This document shows positions 39,041 through 50,339 of a stretch of DNA of 64,000 nucleotides, in pieces. The DNA comes from an uncultured Nitrospiraceae bacterium (lineage in GTDB: Bacteria > Nitrospirota > Nitrospiria > Nitrospirales > Nitrospiraceae): contig CAVPLT010000006.1 of assembly GCA_963706325.1 (NCBI GenBank), positions 32,001-96,000 of the forward strand, read 5' to 3'. A program made the position numbers and the translations under genes. Within the stretch, counting starts at the first letter, position 1, and every line of letters begins with the position of its first letter. Below the pieces are notes generated by a model. That model worked only from the letters and a program-made list of their open reading frames with translations. It was not told where the DNA came from and ran no database searches.

Positions 39041-41470
39041 ATGTTCGAACGGTTCACGGACAAGGGTCGCAAGATCATCATCCTGGCACGTGAAGAAGCC
39101 GAGCGCCATCAGAACGACTATCTGGGCACCGAACACTTGGTGTTGGCCATCCTTCGCGAGACGGATGGAATCGCGCTAATGATCCTCAAAAAAATGGGGC
39201 TCTCGACGGAACAAATTCGGCTCGAGATCGAGCGGAATCTTCCGGGCGGAGGCACAACGATGACCTTTGGGGAAATTCCATTCAGCCCCAGGGTCAAGAA
39301 AGTCATCGAGTACGGTGTCGAAGAGGCCCGATTACTTGGTCATAACCACATCGGCAGCGAACATTTGCTGCTGGGTCTGCTTCGTGAAGAAGAGGGGATC
39401 GGGGGAAAAATCCTCCGAAGCCTCGGGGCGAACCTTCTCACGGCTCGGCAACTCACCGTAACCTTCCTGAGAAAATCTGCGCCACGTGAGCGTGATCGTA
39501 AGAGCAACACTCCGGCGCTCGATGAATTCGGCCGCGACCTGACTCAACTCGCCCAAGAAGGGCAGTTGGATCCAGTGATCGGGCGTGCGGACGAAATTGA
39601 GCGAGTTCTCCAGATTCTGAGTCGTCGCTCGAAGAACAATCCGGTGCTCATCGGCGAATCGGGCGTTGGAAAAACCGCCATCGTCGAGGGCCTTGCGCAA
39701 CGTATTGTGGCATCCGAAGTCCCGGACAATTTATTGTCTCGGCGCGTGATCGCACTTGATCTGGGCTCGCTCGTAGCCGGCACGAAATATCGCGGCCAGT
39801 TTGAAGAGCGCTTGAAGGTCGTGATGAAGGAGATCGTGCAGGCCGGAAACATCATTATCTTCATCGACGAATTGCACACGTTAGTCGGCGCCGGAGCCGC
39901 CGAGGGGTCCATCGATGCATCGAATATGCTCAAGCCGGCGTTGTCGCGCGGAGAAATTCAATGCATCGGTGCCACCACGCTCGACGAGTACCGTAAGCAC
40001 ATCGAGAAGGACGGGGCCTTAAAACGTCGTTTCCAGCCGATCCACGTACAGCCGCCCAGCACCGATGAGACAGTTCTCATCATCCAGGGCCTGCGGGATC
40101 GCTATGAAGAGCATCACGGGGTGGAAATCACCGAAGACGCGATCGTGGAAGCAGTCAAGCTGGCAGACCGTTACATCACCGACCGTTTCCTACCTGACAA
40201 GGCGATCGACCTCATCGACGAGACGGGCTCCCGAGCGAAGTTGCAGACCTACGCGCTGCCATCGGAGCTTAAAGCCCTGGAGCAGGAACTGAAGAAAATC
40301 TCGCGTGACAAAGAGCTGGCGATCTCGATGCAAAACTTCGAGGAAGCCGTCCGTCATCGAGAAGAAGAGGAGCGTTTGCGAAAATTGCTTGATGAATCCA
40401 AGCGTGAGTGGAAGAAGAATCAAGAGAAGCACAAGCCGACCATCGGCAAAGAGGAAGTCGCCTATGTCGTGTCGAAGATGACCGGTATTCCGCTCTTTAA
40501 GTTGGAGGAAGAGGAATCCAACAAGTTACTCCGAATGGAGGAGTTTCTTCACAAGCGAGTCATCGGGCAGAACGAGGCCATTTCGGCAGTGGCTCGTGCC
40601 ATTCGTCGATCTAGAGCGGGCCTTAAGGAAGCGAAGAAACCAATCGGTTCCTTCATTTTCCTCGGACCGACCGGCGTCGGAAAAACGGAATTGGCGCGGA
40701 CCCTTGCAGAATTCCTCTTCAACAGCGAGGACGCGCTCATTCGTATCGATATGTCGGAGTACCAGGAGAAATTCACCAGTTCGCGGTTGTTTGGCGCTCC
40801 TCCTGGGTATGTCGGGTATGAGGAAGGCGGACAACTCACAGAGAAAGTGCGTCGTCGCCCCTATTCGGTAGTGCTGTTCGACGAAATCGAAAAGGCACAT
40901 CCCGACGTGTTCAACGTCCTGCTCCAAGTCCTGGACGACGGCGTCCTGACGGACAGCCTGGGACGGAAAGTCGATTTCAAAAATACGGTCGTGATTATGA
41001 CCTCGAACATCGGCACCAAGCTGATCCAGAAGGGTGTTTCGCTCGGCTTTCAGAACGACGAAAAGGGTGGACAGCTCCTGCGTCGAAAAGAAGAAGTGAT
41101 GGGAGAACTCAAACGTTCATTCAGTCCGGAGTTCTTGAACCGGATCGATGAAATCGTGATCTTCCACTCCCTTGAGAAGGAGCACCTGATCCATATTTTG
41201 GATATCCTGCTGCACGAACTCAATCTTCGTCTCATCGAGAAAAGTGTTACGATCGAGGTGGAGGATGATGTTAAACAGTGGCTCATCAAGGAAGGGTACG
41301 AACCGCTCTACGGTGCCCGTCCCATGCGTCGTATCATTCAGCGGGCGATCGGTGACCCGCTGTCTGAAGAATTGATCAAGGGCCGTTTTAAGGAAAATAG
41401 GAAGATTAAGGTGGTCCTGCGCGACGGCGCGCCGGCCTTCATCGAACAGGAAGCCATGGCGGGCGTATAG
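39041..41470 (+). CDS. clpC: ATP-dependent Clp protease ATPase ClpC
   Basis: MFERFT N-domain, two Walker A motifs ([16 protein letters not shown]), short UVR middle domain, LGF loop. Confidence 0.95.
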   Translation: MFERFTDKGRKIIILAREEAERHQNDYLGTEHLVLAILRETDGIALMILKKMGLSTEQIRLEIERNLPGGGTTMTFGEIPFSPRVKKVIEYGVEEARLLGHNHIGSEHLLLGLLREEEGIGGKILRSLGANLLTARQLTVTFLRKSAPRERDRKSNTPALDEFGRDLTQLAQEGQLDPVIGRADEIERVLQILSRRSKNNPVLIGESGVGKTAIVEGLAQRIVASEVPDNLLSRRVIALDLGSLVAGTKYRGQFEERLKVVMKEIVQAGNIIIFIDELHTLVGAGAAEGSIDASNMLKPALSRGEIQCIGATTLDEYRKHIEKDGALKRRFQPIHVQPPSTDETVLIIQGLRDRYEEHHGVEITEDAIVEAVKLADRYITDRFLPDKAIDLIDETGSRAKLQTYALPSELKALEQELKKISRDKELAISMQNFEEAVRHREEEERLRKLLDESKREWKKNQEKHKPTIGKEEVAYVVSKMTGIPLFKLEEEESNKLLRMEEFLHKRVIGQNEAISAVARAIRRSRAGLKEAKKPIGSFIFLGPTGVGKTELARTLAEFLFNSEDALIRIDMSEYQEKFTSSRLFGAPPGYVGYEEGGQLTEKVRRRPYSVVLFDEIEKAHPDVFNVLLQVLDDGVLTDSLGRKVDFKNTVVIMTSNIGTKLIQKGVSLGFQNDEKGGQLLRRKEEVMGELKRSFSPEFLNRIDEIVIFHSLEKEHLIHILDILLHELNLRLIEKSVTIEVEDDVKQWLIKEGYEPLYGARPMRRIIQRAIGDPLSEELIKGRFKENRKIKVVLRDGAPAFIEQEAMAGV

Positions 41471-41527
41471 CCCGAGCAATTGCCGCGATTCAAGGATCCA
41501 AACGTACGTGCGATCCTTTCAACCGCC

Positions 41528-41575
41528 CGACAACCCCCGAGGTCCTGTTCCGGATCTGGGGGTTGTCGCATTTTT
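41528..41575 (+). terminator. Rho-independent terminator of clpC
   Basis: CGACAACCCCC…GGGGGTTGTCG followed by CATTTTT. Confidence 0.7.
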
Positions 41576-41715
41576 ATGACGGAACTACGTGCGGAACCAT
41601 TCCTCTCTGCCCAGGGCCCAGGAGGCTTTCAAGCCTTGATGTATCAACGATGCGCAGTGCTGGTGCGTCCTCATGACCCCCATAGCGTAGGCACCCAAGT
41701 CCGGCTGTCTTCCGT

Positions 41716-42786
41716 ATGAGTGACCAGAGAGCTGCTGATGTCGTCGGGCCAATTCTCGGGATCGAAACCTCCTGTGATGAAACCGCCGCAGCCGTACTGG
41801 ACGGAGTGGGTCATGTGCTTGCCAATATCATCTCCTCTCAACAAACCGTCCATGAGAAATTCGGGGGTGTCGTACCGGAACTGGCCTCGCGTGCCCATAT
41901 TCAGAATGTGGACGAGGTCACCCGAGCCGCACTCGACCAGGCCGGATTCGGCTGGCACAACCTCCATGCTATCGCCGTTACCCAAGGACCTGGGCTAGCC
42001 GGCGCGCTGCTCGTCGGAATTAGCTATGCCAAGTCGCTGGCCTATGCGTTGGAAATTCCGCTGGTCGGCGTGAACCATCTGGAAGGTCATATCGCGTCGG
42101 CATGGATCGACCGTCCGTCCTTTCCCCGGGCTTGCGTGGTGCTGATCGCCTCCGGTGGACACACCCACCTCTTTCAAGCCACGGAAAAAGGCGGTTTCCG
42201 TCTGATGGGACGAACCATCGACGACGCCGCAGGCGAGGCGTTCGACAAGGGCGCGCAGATGCTGGGTCTCGGATATCCTGGCGGACCCCTCGTCGACAAA
42301 GTCGCCCGTAACGGTCGTCCCGCTTCGGTGCGTTTCCCTCGTTCACGCGTCCGAACGGGCCAACTTGATTTCAGCTTCAGCGGGCTCAAAACAGCCTTGC
42401 TCTATCACCTCCAGCGGATGTCCCCCCAGGCCATCGCCGAACAACAAGCCGACCTTGCGGCAGCCTATCAAGAAGCCATCGTGGATATCCTCGTCCGCCA
42501 GGCATTCGCAGCTGTAGAACAAACCGGAGTATCGGCGCTCGCTGTCGTGGGGGGGGTGTCGGCCAATTCCCGGCTGCGGGCCAGGTTGGCGGCACGAGCG
42601 TCGGAAGAGGGGATTGAGTTAAGCCTGCCGGCTCTCTCTTTTTGCACGGACAACGCGGCCATGATTGCGGCGGCAGGCCAACGAGCCATTCTGTGCGGAA
42701 AATTGACAGCGTTCGATTGCGAAGCGATGCCCACTTTTGCGCTCTCTTCGCCCACCGCTGCCACCAGTGGCAGCATCAGAGAGTGA
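41716..42786 (+). CDS. tsaD: tRNA N6-threonylcarbamoyltransferase TsaD
   Basis: GIETSCDET, HLEGH, SGGHT and TDNAAMI motifs. Confidence 0.96.
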   Translation: MSDQRAADVVGPILGIETSCDETAAAVLDGVGHVLANIISSQQTVHEKFGGVVPELASRAHIQNVDEVTRAALDQAGFGWHNLHAIAVTQGPGLAGALLVGISYAKSLAYALEIPLVGVNHLEGHIASAWIDRPSFPRACVVLIASGGHTHLFQATEKGGFRLMGRTIDDAAGEAFDKGAQMLGLGYPGGPLVDKVARNGRPASVRFPRSRVRTGQLDFSFSGLKTALLYHLQRMSPQAIAEQQADLAAAYQEAIVDILVRQAFAAVEQTGVSALAVVGGVSANSRLRARLAARASEEGIELSLPALSFCTDNAAMIAAAGQRAILCGKLTAFDCEAMPTFALSSPTAATSGSIRE

Positions 42787-42811
42787 CGTTCGAATACCAA
42801 GGAGTGCGGCC

Positions 42812-44506
42812 ATCCCAACAATCTACGGACAAGTCACGGGGCTAAAGGCCAGTCATCTCTCTGCGTTAGAGCGGCTGTATCGACGGCGTGTGCCTTCCTC
42901 CGCCCTGCTCACGGCCGAACTGGCGCGCACGACCAGCCAGCTGACACGAGAGATACGTCGTCCCATCGGTCTCCTGATCACTCGCCGCGGGATCATCGAA
43001 CAGGTGCTCGTAGGAAACGGCTGCGCACCCACTTTCGAGTCGCTGGCAAAGTTTCGGGTCGGCTCTCATTCGCTCCGTGGTCTCCGGCTGATTCGCACCC
43101 ATCTCCACGACGACCCGTTGAGCCAGGACGATTTGACCCATCTGGCGCTCCTACGACTAGATCTGATCGGGGTGCTGGGCGTAGACGAAAAAGGCGAACC
43201 CAGCCTGCTGCACTTGGCGCATCTGCTCCCCCCTAATCAGCAGGGAGAAGTCTGCCGACTTCTGAAGCCCGTCCCGTTTCATGAGCTGGACCTTCAACTG
43301 GATACTTTCCTGCATGCCCTCGAAAGCGATTTGCAGCGAGCGGACACCAACCATGACGTCGCCAGCGGGAGCGAATCGGCCATTCTGGTCAGCGCGGCAC
43401 CGAAGAGTCATGCCGAACAAGAGGAGCATTTGGAAGAGTTGAACGAGCTGGCCGAATCCGCCGGGGTCCGCGTACTTGACCGAATTGCACAACGCACTCA
43501 CGAGGGATATGAGCGGTATTTGCTCGGGAAGGGAAAACTCAAAGAAGTGGTGATGCGCGCGCTTCAAAAAGGAGCCGACCTGGTGATCTTCGACCAGGAT
43601 CTCGCGCCGGCGCAAGCCCGCGCCATTTCCGAGGTGACGGATCTCAAGGTCATCGATCGCACACAGCTCATTCTGGATATTTTCGCCCGACGCGCGCATA
43701 CCCGTGAAGGCAAGGTTCAAGTGGAGCTGGCTCAGCTTCGGTATCTTCTGCCGCGACTGTCCGGACACGGCGCCTCGCTGTCACGTCTTGGAGGCGGAAT
43801 CGGCTCGCGCGGCCCCGGTGAAACCAAGCTGGAGACCGATCGCCGCCGCATCCGTGACCGCATCGCGCATCTGGAGCGGGAGATCGACGATGTGGCCCGC
43901 CACCAGGACCAGCGGCGATCCAGACGTGTGCGCCAGGGGCTTCCGATCCTCTCCATTGTCGGTTACACCAATGCCGGCAAATCGACCCTGCTCAACACCT
44001 TGACTCACAGTCAGATCCCGGCGCAGGATCGCCTCTTTGAAACGCTCGATACGACTAGCCGCCGGCTTCGTTTTCCTCATGACCGCGAAGTCATCGTGAC
44101 CGATACAGTGGGTTTTATCAGGGATCTCCCCAAAGATCTCGTCGGAGCCTTTCGCACCACGCTGGACGAATTGCGGGATGCCGACATACTTCTGCACGTG
44201 GTCGATGCCTCTGCTTCCAATGTCGATCAACAGATCACCGCCGTCGAAACCGTCTTGCAATCACTCAGCCTCGACACGATTCCCCGCGTCATGGTCTTGA
44301 ATAAATGTGATCGACTCTCGGCACACGAGTCCAGTGTCCTCTGTGAACGGTATCACGCGGTCGGGATCTCGGCGCTGCACCGTGAAACACTACGCCCGTT
44401 GATTGCGCACCTCGAAGCCCTGTTACCTGCCATCCCGACACCTCCGGGGCACGAGGAAGATCCGGACCAGCCACCCCAGGATCTGGTGTTTGCATCTCAG
44501 TCCTGA
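42812..44506 (+). CDS. hflX: GTPase HflX (long N-terminal form); probable ATC start
   Basis: GYTNAGKST, DTVGFI, NKCD and GPGETKLE motifs. AAGGAG lies 7 nt before ATC 42812. Confidence 0.9.
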   Translation: MPTIYGQVTGLKASHLSALERLYRRRVPSSALLTAELARTTSQLTREIRRPIGLLITRRGIIEQVLVGNGCAPTFESLAKFRVGSHSLRGLRLIRTHLHDDPLSQDDLTHLALLRLDLIGVLGVDEKGEPSLLHLAHLLPPNQQGEVCRLLKPVPFHELDLQLDTFLHALESDLQRADTNHDVASGSESAILVSAAPKSHAEQEEHLEELNELAESAGVRVLDRIAQRTHEGYERYLLGKGKLKEVVMRALQKGADLVIFDQDLAPAQARAISEVTDLKVIDRTQLILDIFARRAHTREGKVQVELAQLRYLLPRLSGHGASLSRLGGGIGSRGPGETKLETDRRRIRDRIAHLEREIDDVARHQDQRRSRRVRQGLPILSIVGYTNAGKSTLLNTLTHSQIPAQDRLFETLDTTSRRLRFPHDREVIVTDTVGFIRDLPKDLVGAFRTTLDELRDADILLHVVDASASNVDQQITAVETVLQSLSLDTIPRVMVLNKCDRLSAHESSVLCERYHAVGISALHRETLRPLIAHLEALLPAIPTPPGHEEDPDQPPQDLVFASQS

Positions 44507-44539
44507 CCTCTGCAGAATTGACCGGCACCACACTGCATC

Positions 44540-45211
44540 ATGAACGTAGCCAGAACAGATCGACCGGCGGGCGCCACGGCCAAGCGCCGCCTCGCACGGA
44601 TGCTGACCGCGCTGCGCGCGACCTCACCGACGAGGAAAGTCGAGCTCGATCATCGCACGCCGTGGGAGCTTCTAGTTGCCACCATCCTGTCCGCGCAATG
44701 CACCGATCAGCGGGTCAACCAAGTCACGCCGAACCTGTTTCGTCGCTACCAGGAGCCCCGCGACTATGCCGCTGCCGACCCCAAGGAATTGGAAGCCCTC
44801 ATACGGCCGACCGGGTTCTTCAAAGCGAAAGCCAGGAACCTCATGCAATGTGCGAAGGTGCTGGCCGAGCGCTTCGAGGGGAAGGTTCCCGATACGATGG
44901 AAGCACTGACCACTCTACCGGGAGTGGGGAGAAAGACTGCGAACGTCATACTAGGGAACGCATTCGGAAAACCTGGTGTGGTAGTCGATACCCATGTGAA
45001 ACGAGTGGCCTGGCGACTCCAGCTGACGCGTCATTTGGATCCGACCAAGGTCGAAATGGATCTCCGGCAGTTACTCCCTGAAGAGCAGTGGACTGAAGGC
45101 TCGCAACGACTGCTGCTGCATGGACGATATGTCTGCCTCGCACGCACGCCGAAATGCCGCCAGTGCTCTTTGTATGCCGATTGCCATTGGGAAGGGAAAA
45201 TCGCACGATGA
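44540..45211 (+). CDS. nth: Endonuclease III
   Basis: LSAQCTD, HhH motif LPGVGRKTAN, and C-x6-C-x2-C-x5-C cluster. Confidence 0.95.
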   Translation: MNVARTDRPAGATAKRRLARMLTALRATSPTRKVELDHRTPWELLVATILSAQCTDQRVNQVTPNLFRRYQEPRDYAAADPKELEALIRPTGFFKAKARNLMQCAKVLAERFEGKVPDTMEALTTLPGVGRKTANVILGNAFGKPGVVVDTHVKRVAWRLQLTRHLDPTKVEMDLRQLLPEEQWTEGSQRLLLHGRYVCLARTPKCRQCSLYADCHWEGKIAR

Positions 45212-46086
45212 TTCGAAGTATGACTGGGTATGGCAAGAAAGATGACACGTCCAAACAAGCGGGGGTCACCGTGGAGATCCGCTCGGTGAACCACCGCTTC
45301 CTGGAAGTATCCGTCAGAGTTCCGCGCTCCCTTGCCCAGCTGGAGGACCAGATTCGAAAGGCCGTGCAGCAGCATTGTCTCCGCGGCCGGGTCGACGTCT
45401 CCGTCTCGGTGCACAACAGCGGAAACGGACTTAAAGCCGTGACGATTGATCACGCGCTGGCGAAGCAATACCATATCGCCCTCAAGAAACTTCAAAAAAC
45501 ACTCGGAATGCGTGGGACTCTGGACATTTCGCTGCTCGCTGGATTTCGCGACATCGTGTCTCTAACCGATCAACCGGTCGATGCCGGTCAGCTGAGCAAA
45601 ACCGTCCTGCGCGTGCTCGGAGGAGCCGTGAAGGATTTGGACGGCATGCGCCGCCGGGAGGGGGAGGCGCTCGCCAAAGATCTTGCTATCCATTTAGAAG
45701 CCCTCCGAACGGCCAAGACCTCCGTGGCAAAGAAGGCGCCGGTATTGGCTCAAGAGGCGTTCGATCGCATGAAAACGAGGGTTCAGGCCTTGCTCCACGG
45801 CGAAGTCCCGGATCAAGCCCGACTTCTGCAGGAACTGGCGGTATATGCCGATCGTTCCGATCTATCAGAAGAATTGGTCAGACTTGAGTCACATATGCTA
45901 CAGTTCGACCAGACGCTCAGAAGTAAGGAGTCAGTGGGGAAGACCTTGGAGTTCATCCTGCAGGAAATGGGGCGCGAAGTGAACACGATCGGCTCGAAAG
46001 CGAATGACGCCGATATTGCCGCGTTGGTCGTCCGCATGAAGGCCGAACTAGAAAAATTACGCGAACAAGTTCAAAATGTGGAATAG
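45208..46086 (+). CDS. yicC: YicC/RapZ-adjacent YloC-family endoribonuclease
   Basis: MIRSMTGYG, SVNHRFLE, QEMGREVNTIGSK and REQVQNVE motifs. Confidence 0.92.
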   Translation: MIRSMTGYGKKDDTSKQAGVTVEIRSVNHRFLEVSVRVPRSLAQLEDQIRKAVQQHCLRGRVDVSVSVHNSGNGLKAVTIDHALAKQYHIALKKLQKTLGMRGTLDISLLAGFRDIVSLTDQPVDAGQLSKTVLRVLGGAVKDLDGMRRREGEALAKDLAIHLEALRTAKTSVAKKAPVLAQEAFDRMKTRVQALLHGEVPDQARLLQELAVYADRSDLSEELVRLESHMLQFDQTLRSKESVGKTLEFILQEMGREVNTIGSKANDADIAALVVRMKAELEKLREQVQNVE

Positions 46087-46117
46087 GATCGGCGGAGGCG
46101 CCGGCGCCGAATAATCT

Positions 46118-46834
46118 ATGAGCACCCCACCCATTTCCTCTCACGACAAACCGGCTCAAGTGCGCCGTGGCATCCTGTTTGTGATTTCCGCTCCATCAGG
46201 CAGCGGGAAGACGACGCTGTGCAAACAGATCACAGCCCAGGTGCCCGCTCTCTGGCACTCGATCTCATACACGACCCGCAAACCACGCCCCGGTGAAGTG
46301 GAGGGACAGGATTATTACTTTCTCGATGAGACCACATTTCGGCATATGATCGATCGCAACGAATTCGTCGAGTGGGCACACGTGTACGGGAATTTATACG
46401 GCACTCCTCGCAAGGTCTTGTCCGATAAACTGGAGCAAGGCATCGATGTCCTGCTTGAAATCGACGTGCAAGGCGCACGTTCGGTCAAGAAGAGGTTCGA
46501 GGATGCCGTCTATATCTTCATTCTCCCCCCATCGTTTGACACGCTACGGACGAGGCTCCAAAACAGGGCGGGGGACTCACCGGATGAAATTCAACGTCGC
46601 CTGCAGAAGGCGAAGGAAGAAGTGTGGAGCTACCGGGAGTACTATTACATCGTTCGAAACGACGACCTGAAACAATCCTTAAAAGAGCTCGAAAGCATTT
46701 TTCTGGCGGAACGCATCAAGACCAAACGGTTGAACATGACCTGGCTGGAAGAAAAGTTCATTCTCGACAAAGAGGGAAAGCAGGGGAGTTCTTCCTCCGC
46801 CCCCGTATCAAAGGAGCACATGCACCATGGGTGA
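46118..46834 (+). CDS. gmk: Guanylate kinase
   Basis: APSGSGKTT, TTRKPRPGE, YGT and EIDVQGA motifs. Confidence 0.95.
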   Translation: MSTPPISSHDKPAQVRRGILFVISAPSGSGKTTLCKQITAQVPALWHSISYTTRKPRPGEVEGQDYYFLDETTFRHMIDRNEFVEWAHVYGNLYGTPRKVLSDKLEQGIDVLLEIDVQGARSVKKRFEDAVYIFILPPSFDTLRTRLQNRAGDSPDEIQRRLQKAKEEVWSYREYYYIVRNDDLKQSLKELESIFLAERIKTKRLNMTWLEEKFILDKEGKQGSSSSAPVSKEHMHHG

Positions 46835-47186
46835 AATGTTAAGTCTGTTACCGCAATACGCCACCGGCGAATTCGATTCACGACACCGTCTAGTCATCAT
46901 CGCGGCTCAACGTGCCAAGCAGTTGGTGCAAGGCGCCCGTCCTGCCGGCGCATCCAAATTTACGAAAGAGACCAGCATTGCGCTCGATGAGGTCCTGCGA
47001 CATAAAGTGAAGTTTCTCATCGGCAAGGAGGCCCGTGACGCCATCAAGGAATCGAAACGCGTGAAAGAGGGCGAGACGGAGCGCTTAGCCATGATGACGG
47101 GAGAAGATGCCAAGGAAATTAAGAAAGAATTGAGCGTGTACGTTGATGACAGCGTCAAACCTGCCCCGCCACAGGGCGAAGAGTAG
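46827..47186 (+). CDS. rpoZ: RNA polymerase omega subunit
   Basis: SRHRLVIIAAQRAKQL…IALDE and gmk-rpoZ-coaBC synteny. Confidence 0.88.
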   Translation: MGEMLSLLPQYATGEFDSRHRLVIIAAQRAKQLVQGARPAGASKFTKETSIALDEVLRHKVKFLIGKEARDAIKESKRVKEGETERLAMMTGEDAKEIKKELSVYVDDSVKPAPPQGEE

Positions 47187-47195
47187 TCTCCCTCC

Positions 47196-48455
47196 GTGCA
47201 GACTGGCGGCCCCTCTCTCACCGGTCTTCGCATCGTGCTCGGTGTTTCCGGGAGTATTGCGGCCTATAAGGCCGTAGGGATCCTGCGGCTGCTTCGCCGT
47301 GAAGGGGCCGATGTCAGCGTCGTGATGACGACGGGCGCCTGTCGATTCGTCACCCCGCTGACCTTTGAGGTACTGTCCGGTGCCCATGTAGCGACGGATC
47401 TCTTCGAAGCTCATCAGGAAATGCTGCACCTCTCTCTTCCCGAGCGGGCCGATGCGATTCTCATCGCGCCGGCCACCGCAAATTGTCTGGCCAAGGCCGC
47501 GCTCGGACTCGCCGATGATCTCTTGTCCACGATGCTCCTGACGACAGGGCGCCCGCTAGTCATCGCTCCCGCGATGGACGGGGATATGTGGCGACACCCA
47601 ACCGTCGTGGAGCATGTCGCCGCTCTCCGAGGTCGCGGAGCCGTCATCGTCGAGCCGGAAGAAGGCCCCCTAGCATCCGGCTGCATAGGGCAGGGACGAT
47701 TGGCCGGGGAGCAAAACATCCTTGCGGAGCTCCAGCTGGCCGTTCGTCCACACGGAGATTGGAGCGACCGTCATGTGCTGATTTCAGCCGGACCCACGCA
47801 GGAGGCCATCGACCCCGTGCGGTATATCTCCAACCGATCCTCAGGCAAAATGGGTTATGCCCTCGCCGAAGCGGCGAAGAAGCGGGGGGCTGACGTGTGC
47901 TTGGTCTCCGGCCCCACGGCCCTTCAGCCACCCAGAGGTGTCGAAGTGCGCGCCGTGACGACGGCCGAGGAGATGAGGAAGGCGATTCTCAGCCGATTGA
48001 CATGGAGCCATGCCGTGATCATGGCCGCGGCGGTCGCCGACTTTCGTCCCGCACGGCCGTCTCTCCAAAAACTCAAAAAACAACAGGGCCCGATTACCAG
48101 CCTCTCGTTAGAGCCGACCGATGACATTCTCCTGGAACTCTCCCGGTGTCGAACGACTCAATTGCTCGTGGGATTTGCCGCAGAAACTGAGGATCTTCTT
48201 GTCCACGCACAAAAAAAGCTGCATGCTAAGGGCATTGATATGCTGGTCGCCAACAATGTCACCGGTGCCGGATCCGGCTTTGGGTCAGACACCAACCGAG
48301 TGATACTCTTGGATCGTGCTGGGCAAACGGAGGAGCTGCCGTTGTTATCCAAACGAGATGTGGCCGACCGGATTCTAGACCGTATGCTGAGGCTGGGAAC
48401 CGTTCCGCGGGTATCGGCAAAGTCGTCGCGAACGCGAACGTCTCGCAAGGAGTGA
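47196..48455 (+). CDS. coaBC: Phosphopantothenoylcysteine decarboxylase/ligase
   Basis: GSIAAYK, APATAN, DPVRYISNRSSGKMG and GFAAET motifs. Confidence 0.95.
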   Translation: MQTGGPSLTGLRIVLGVSGSIAAYKAVGILRLLRREGADVSVVMTTGACRFVTPLTFEVLSGAHVATDLFEAHQEMLHLSLPERADAILIAPATANCLAKAALGLADDLLSTMLLTTGRPLVIAPAMDGDMWRHPTVVEHVAALRGRGAVIVEPEEGPLASGCIGQGRLAGEQNILAELQLAVRPHGDWSDRHVLISAGPTQEAIDPVRYISNRSSGKMGYALAEAAKKRGADVCLVSGPTALQPPRGVEVRAVTTAEEMRKAILSRLTWSHAVIMAAAVADFRPARPSLQKLKKQQGPITSLSLEPTDDILLELSRCRTTQLLVGFAAETEDLLVHAQKKLHAKGIDMLVANNVTGAGSGFGSDTNRVILLDRAGQTEELPLLSKRDVADRILDRMLRLGTVPRVSAKSSRTRTSRKE

Positions 48456-49126
48456 GCGTGGCTTCATCACCGCGTATCGATCCGACCATCGCGCTTCAAA
48501 TCGATCGTTTGGCCACCGCTGTGGCCAAAGACCCCCGCTCGAAAGAGTTCGTTCCCCTCGCGGATGAATACATTAAAGCAGGCATGTGGCAAGAGGCGGC
48601 GGCCGTGCTTGAAGACGGTCTCAAAGCCTATCCGGGTTTTGTTACCGCCATGGCAGCGCTCGGTCGAGTGTACGACCAATTGGGTCAGCCGGTGAAGGCG
48701 AAGGCAATTCTCGAAGAAGTCGTCAAGCAACGCCCGGACAATCTGCGCGGGCATCGCATTCTGGCCAAACTCTATCAGGGCGAGGGCAAGGCGGACTTGG
48801 CGTTGCGATCCTGCGCCGTGATATTAGGCGCCAATCCTTCCGATGAAGAGGCGCTCGCCATCAAACGAAGCATCACCGGCAACCCCGATGAGCACCAGCA
48901 ATCCAAGCGTGACAAGAAACGCATCGGCAGGGAAACTACAGCAGCCCCCGTGAAACAATCCGTGCCTCCTGTCACCATGTCGGCGTCTTCCACTCCGGTG
49001 TCAACACTGTCGCCTGAAGCGACACCTGAACCTCCCAGCATGAAACATGCGGCGACCATCGCGCGACTAGAAGCCTGGTTACGCACTATTCAGTCACATC
49101 GTGAAACCGATTCCCATCGCATCTAG
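48452..49126 (+). CDS. Tetratricopeptide-repeat protein
   Basis: TPR pairs, low-complexity linker, C-terminal LEAWL helix. Confidence 0.8.
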   Translation: MSVASSPRIDPTIALQIDRLATAVAKDPRSKEFVPLADEYIKAGMWQEAAAVLEDGLKAYPGFVTAMAALGRVYDQLGQPVKAKAILEEVVKQRPDNLRGHRILAKLYQGEGKADLALRSCAVILGANPSDEEALAIKRSITGNPDEHQQSKRDKKRIGRETTAAPVKQSVPPVTMSASSTPVSTLSPEATPEPPSMKHAATIARLEAWLRTIQSHRETDSHRI

Positions 49127-49162
49127 TGTAAGGCACTTGCCATTCCATCCCCTATAGAGCGT

Positions 49163-49191
49163 TTGACCCACCCCGGACAGCCTGTTAGAAT
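49163..49191 (+). promoter_or_regulatory. Sigma-70-like promoter of the aroQ-efp-acc operon
   Basis: TTGACC-N17-TAGAAT with an extended TG. Confidence 0.6.
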
Positions 49192-49254
49192 GCCGCCGCT
49201 GCTGACTTTCCTATCCACTGCAGCTGACTGTTAACCGAGACGTGCGATCGAAAC

Positions 49255-49752
49255 ATGCTGCGGCTACTTGTGCTTCATGGGCCCAATTTGAATCTCCTGG
49301 GGACGCGAGAACCATCCGTCTACGGTAACCTGTCGCTGGCAGAGATCGATAAGTCCATCGCCCGTCATGCCGCTACCCTAGGGATTGCAGTACAAAGCAA
49401 ACAGTCGAACGTGGAAGGAGAGTTGGTGACCTGGATTCAGAACGCCAGGGGTCACTTCGATGGAATTGTGGTGAATCCGGCCGGTTACACCCATACCAGT
49501 ATCGCAATTCGAGATGCGATTGCCGCCGTCGCGCTGCCGACAGTCGAAGTGCACCTGTCGAACATTCATCAGCGGGAGGAGTTTCGCCATCACTCCTTCA
49601 TCGCGGGCGTGGCCCTTGGACAGATTTCCGGATTCGGCCCAACCGGGTATCTCTTGGCGTTGGACGGACTTCTCGCGCATCTCAACAGCCGCCAGAGGCC
49701 ATCGCGTTCGCGCCCCGCATCGAATAGAAAACCCACGGCCTCGCGCCGTTGA
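49255..49752 (+). CDS. aroQ: Type II 3-dehydroquinate dehydratase
   Basis: [22 protein letters not shown] and EVHLSN motifs. Confidence 0.95.
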   Translation: MLRLLVLHGPNLNLLGTREPSVYGNLSLAEIDKSIARHAATLGIAVQSKQSNVEGELVTWIQNARGHFDGIVVNPAGYTHTSIAIRDAIAAVALPTVEVHLSNIHQREEFRHHSFIAGVALGQISGFGPTGYLLALDGLLAHLNSRQRPSRSRPASNRKPTASRR

Positions 49753-49778
49753 CCTCTGTCCTATCAAGGAGTGTTGTT

Positions 49779-50339
49779 GTGATTTCGACCGCAGAGTTTC
49801 GAAACGGCAGTCGTTTAATGGTGGAGGGACAGCCCTTCTACATCGTGGAGTTTCAGCATGTCAAACCCGGAAAGGGCGGGGCGTTCGTCCGGACGAAACT
49901 GAAAAGTTATCTCACGGGCAACGTCCTGGACCGGACCTTCCGCTCCGGTGAACGGTTCGAGGATCCCGATCTGGAGGAATGCGACATGCAATTCCTCTAT
50001 GCCACCAATGACTCGTACACCTTCATGGATACGGCTTCGTACGAGCAATCGACCTATGAAAAGAGCCAGCTGGGGGACAATGCGGATCTCCTTAAAGAAA
50101 ATATGGTCGCCAAAATCCTCGTCTATCAACATCGGCCGATTGCCGTCGTGTTGCCGAACTTTATTGAGTTGAAGGTTGTCGACGGCGAGCCCGGTGTGCG
50201 TGGCGATACGGCCTCAGGCGGCAGCAAACCGGTCGTCGTCGAAACCGGCGCGACCATCAAGGTTCCCCTCTACCTGGAAATTGGCGTGACCATTCGCATT
50301 GATACCAGAACTCGGGAGTTTGTGGAGCGCGTGCGTTGA
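49779..50339 (+). CDS. efp: Elongation factor P
   Basis: KPGKGGAF loop and [11 protein letters not shown] start with AAGGAG RBS. Confidence 0.95.
   Translation: MISTAEFRNGSRLMVEGQPFYIVEFQHVKPGKGGAFVRTKLKSYLTGNVLDRTFRSGERFEDPDLEECDMQFLYATNDSYTFMDTASYEQSTYEKSQLGDNADLLKENMVAKILVYQHRPIAVVLPNFIELKVVDGEPGVRGDTASGGSKPVVVETGATIKVPLYLEIGVTIRIDTRTREFVERVR

Noticed and set aside
41636..41647. TTGAT-GT-ATCAA palindrome resembling an FNR box
   Set aside because: The spacer is 2 nt, not the 4 nt of the FNR consensus.
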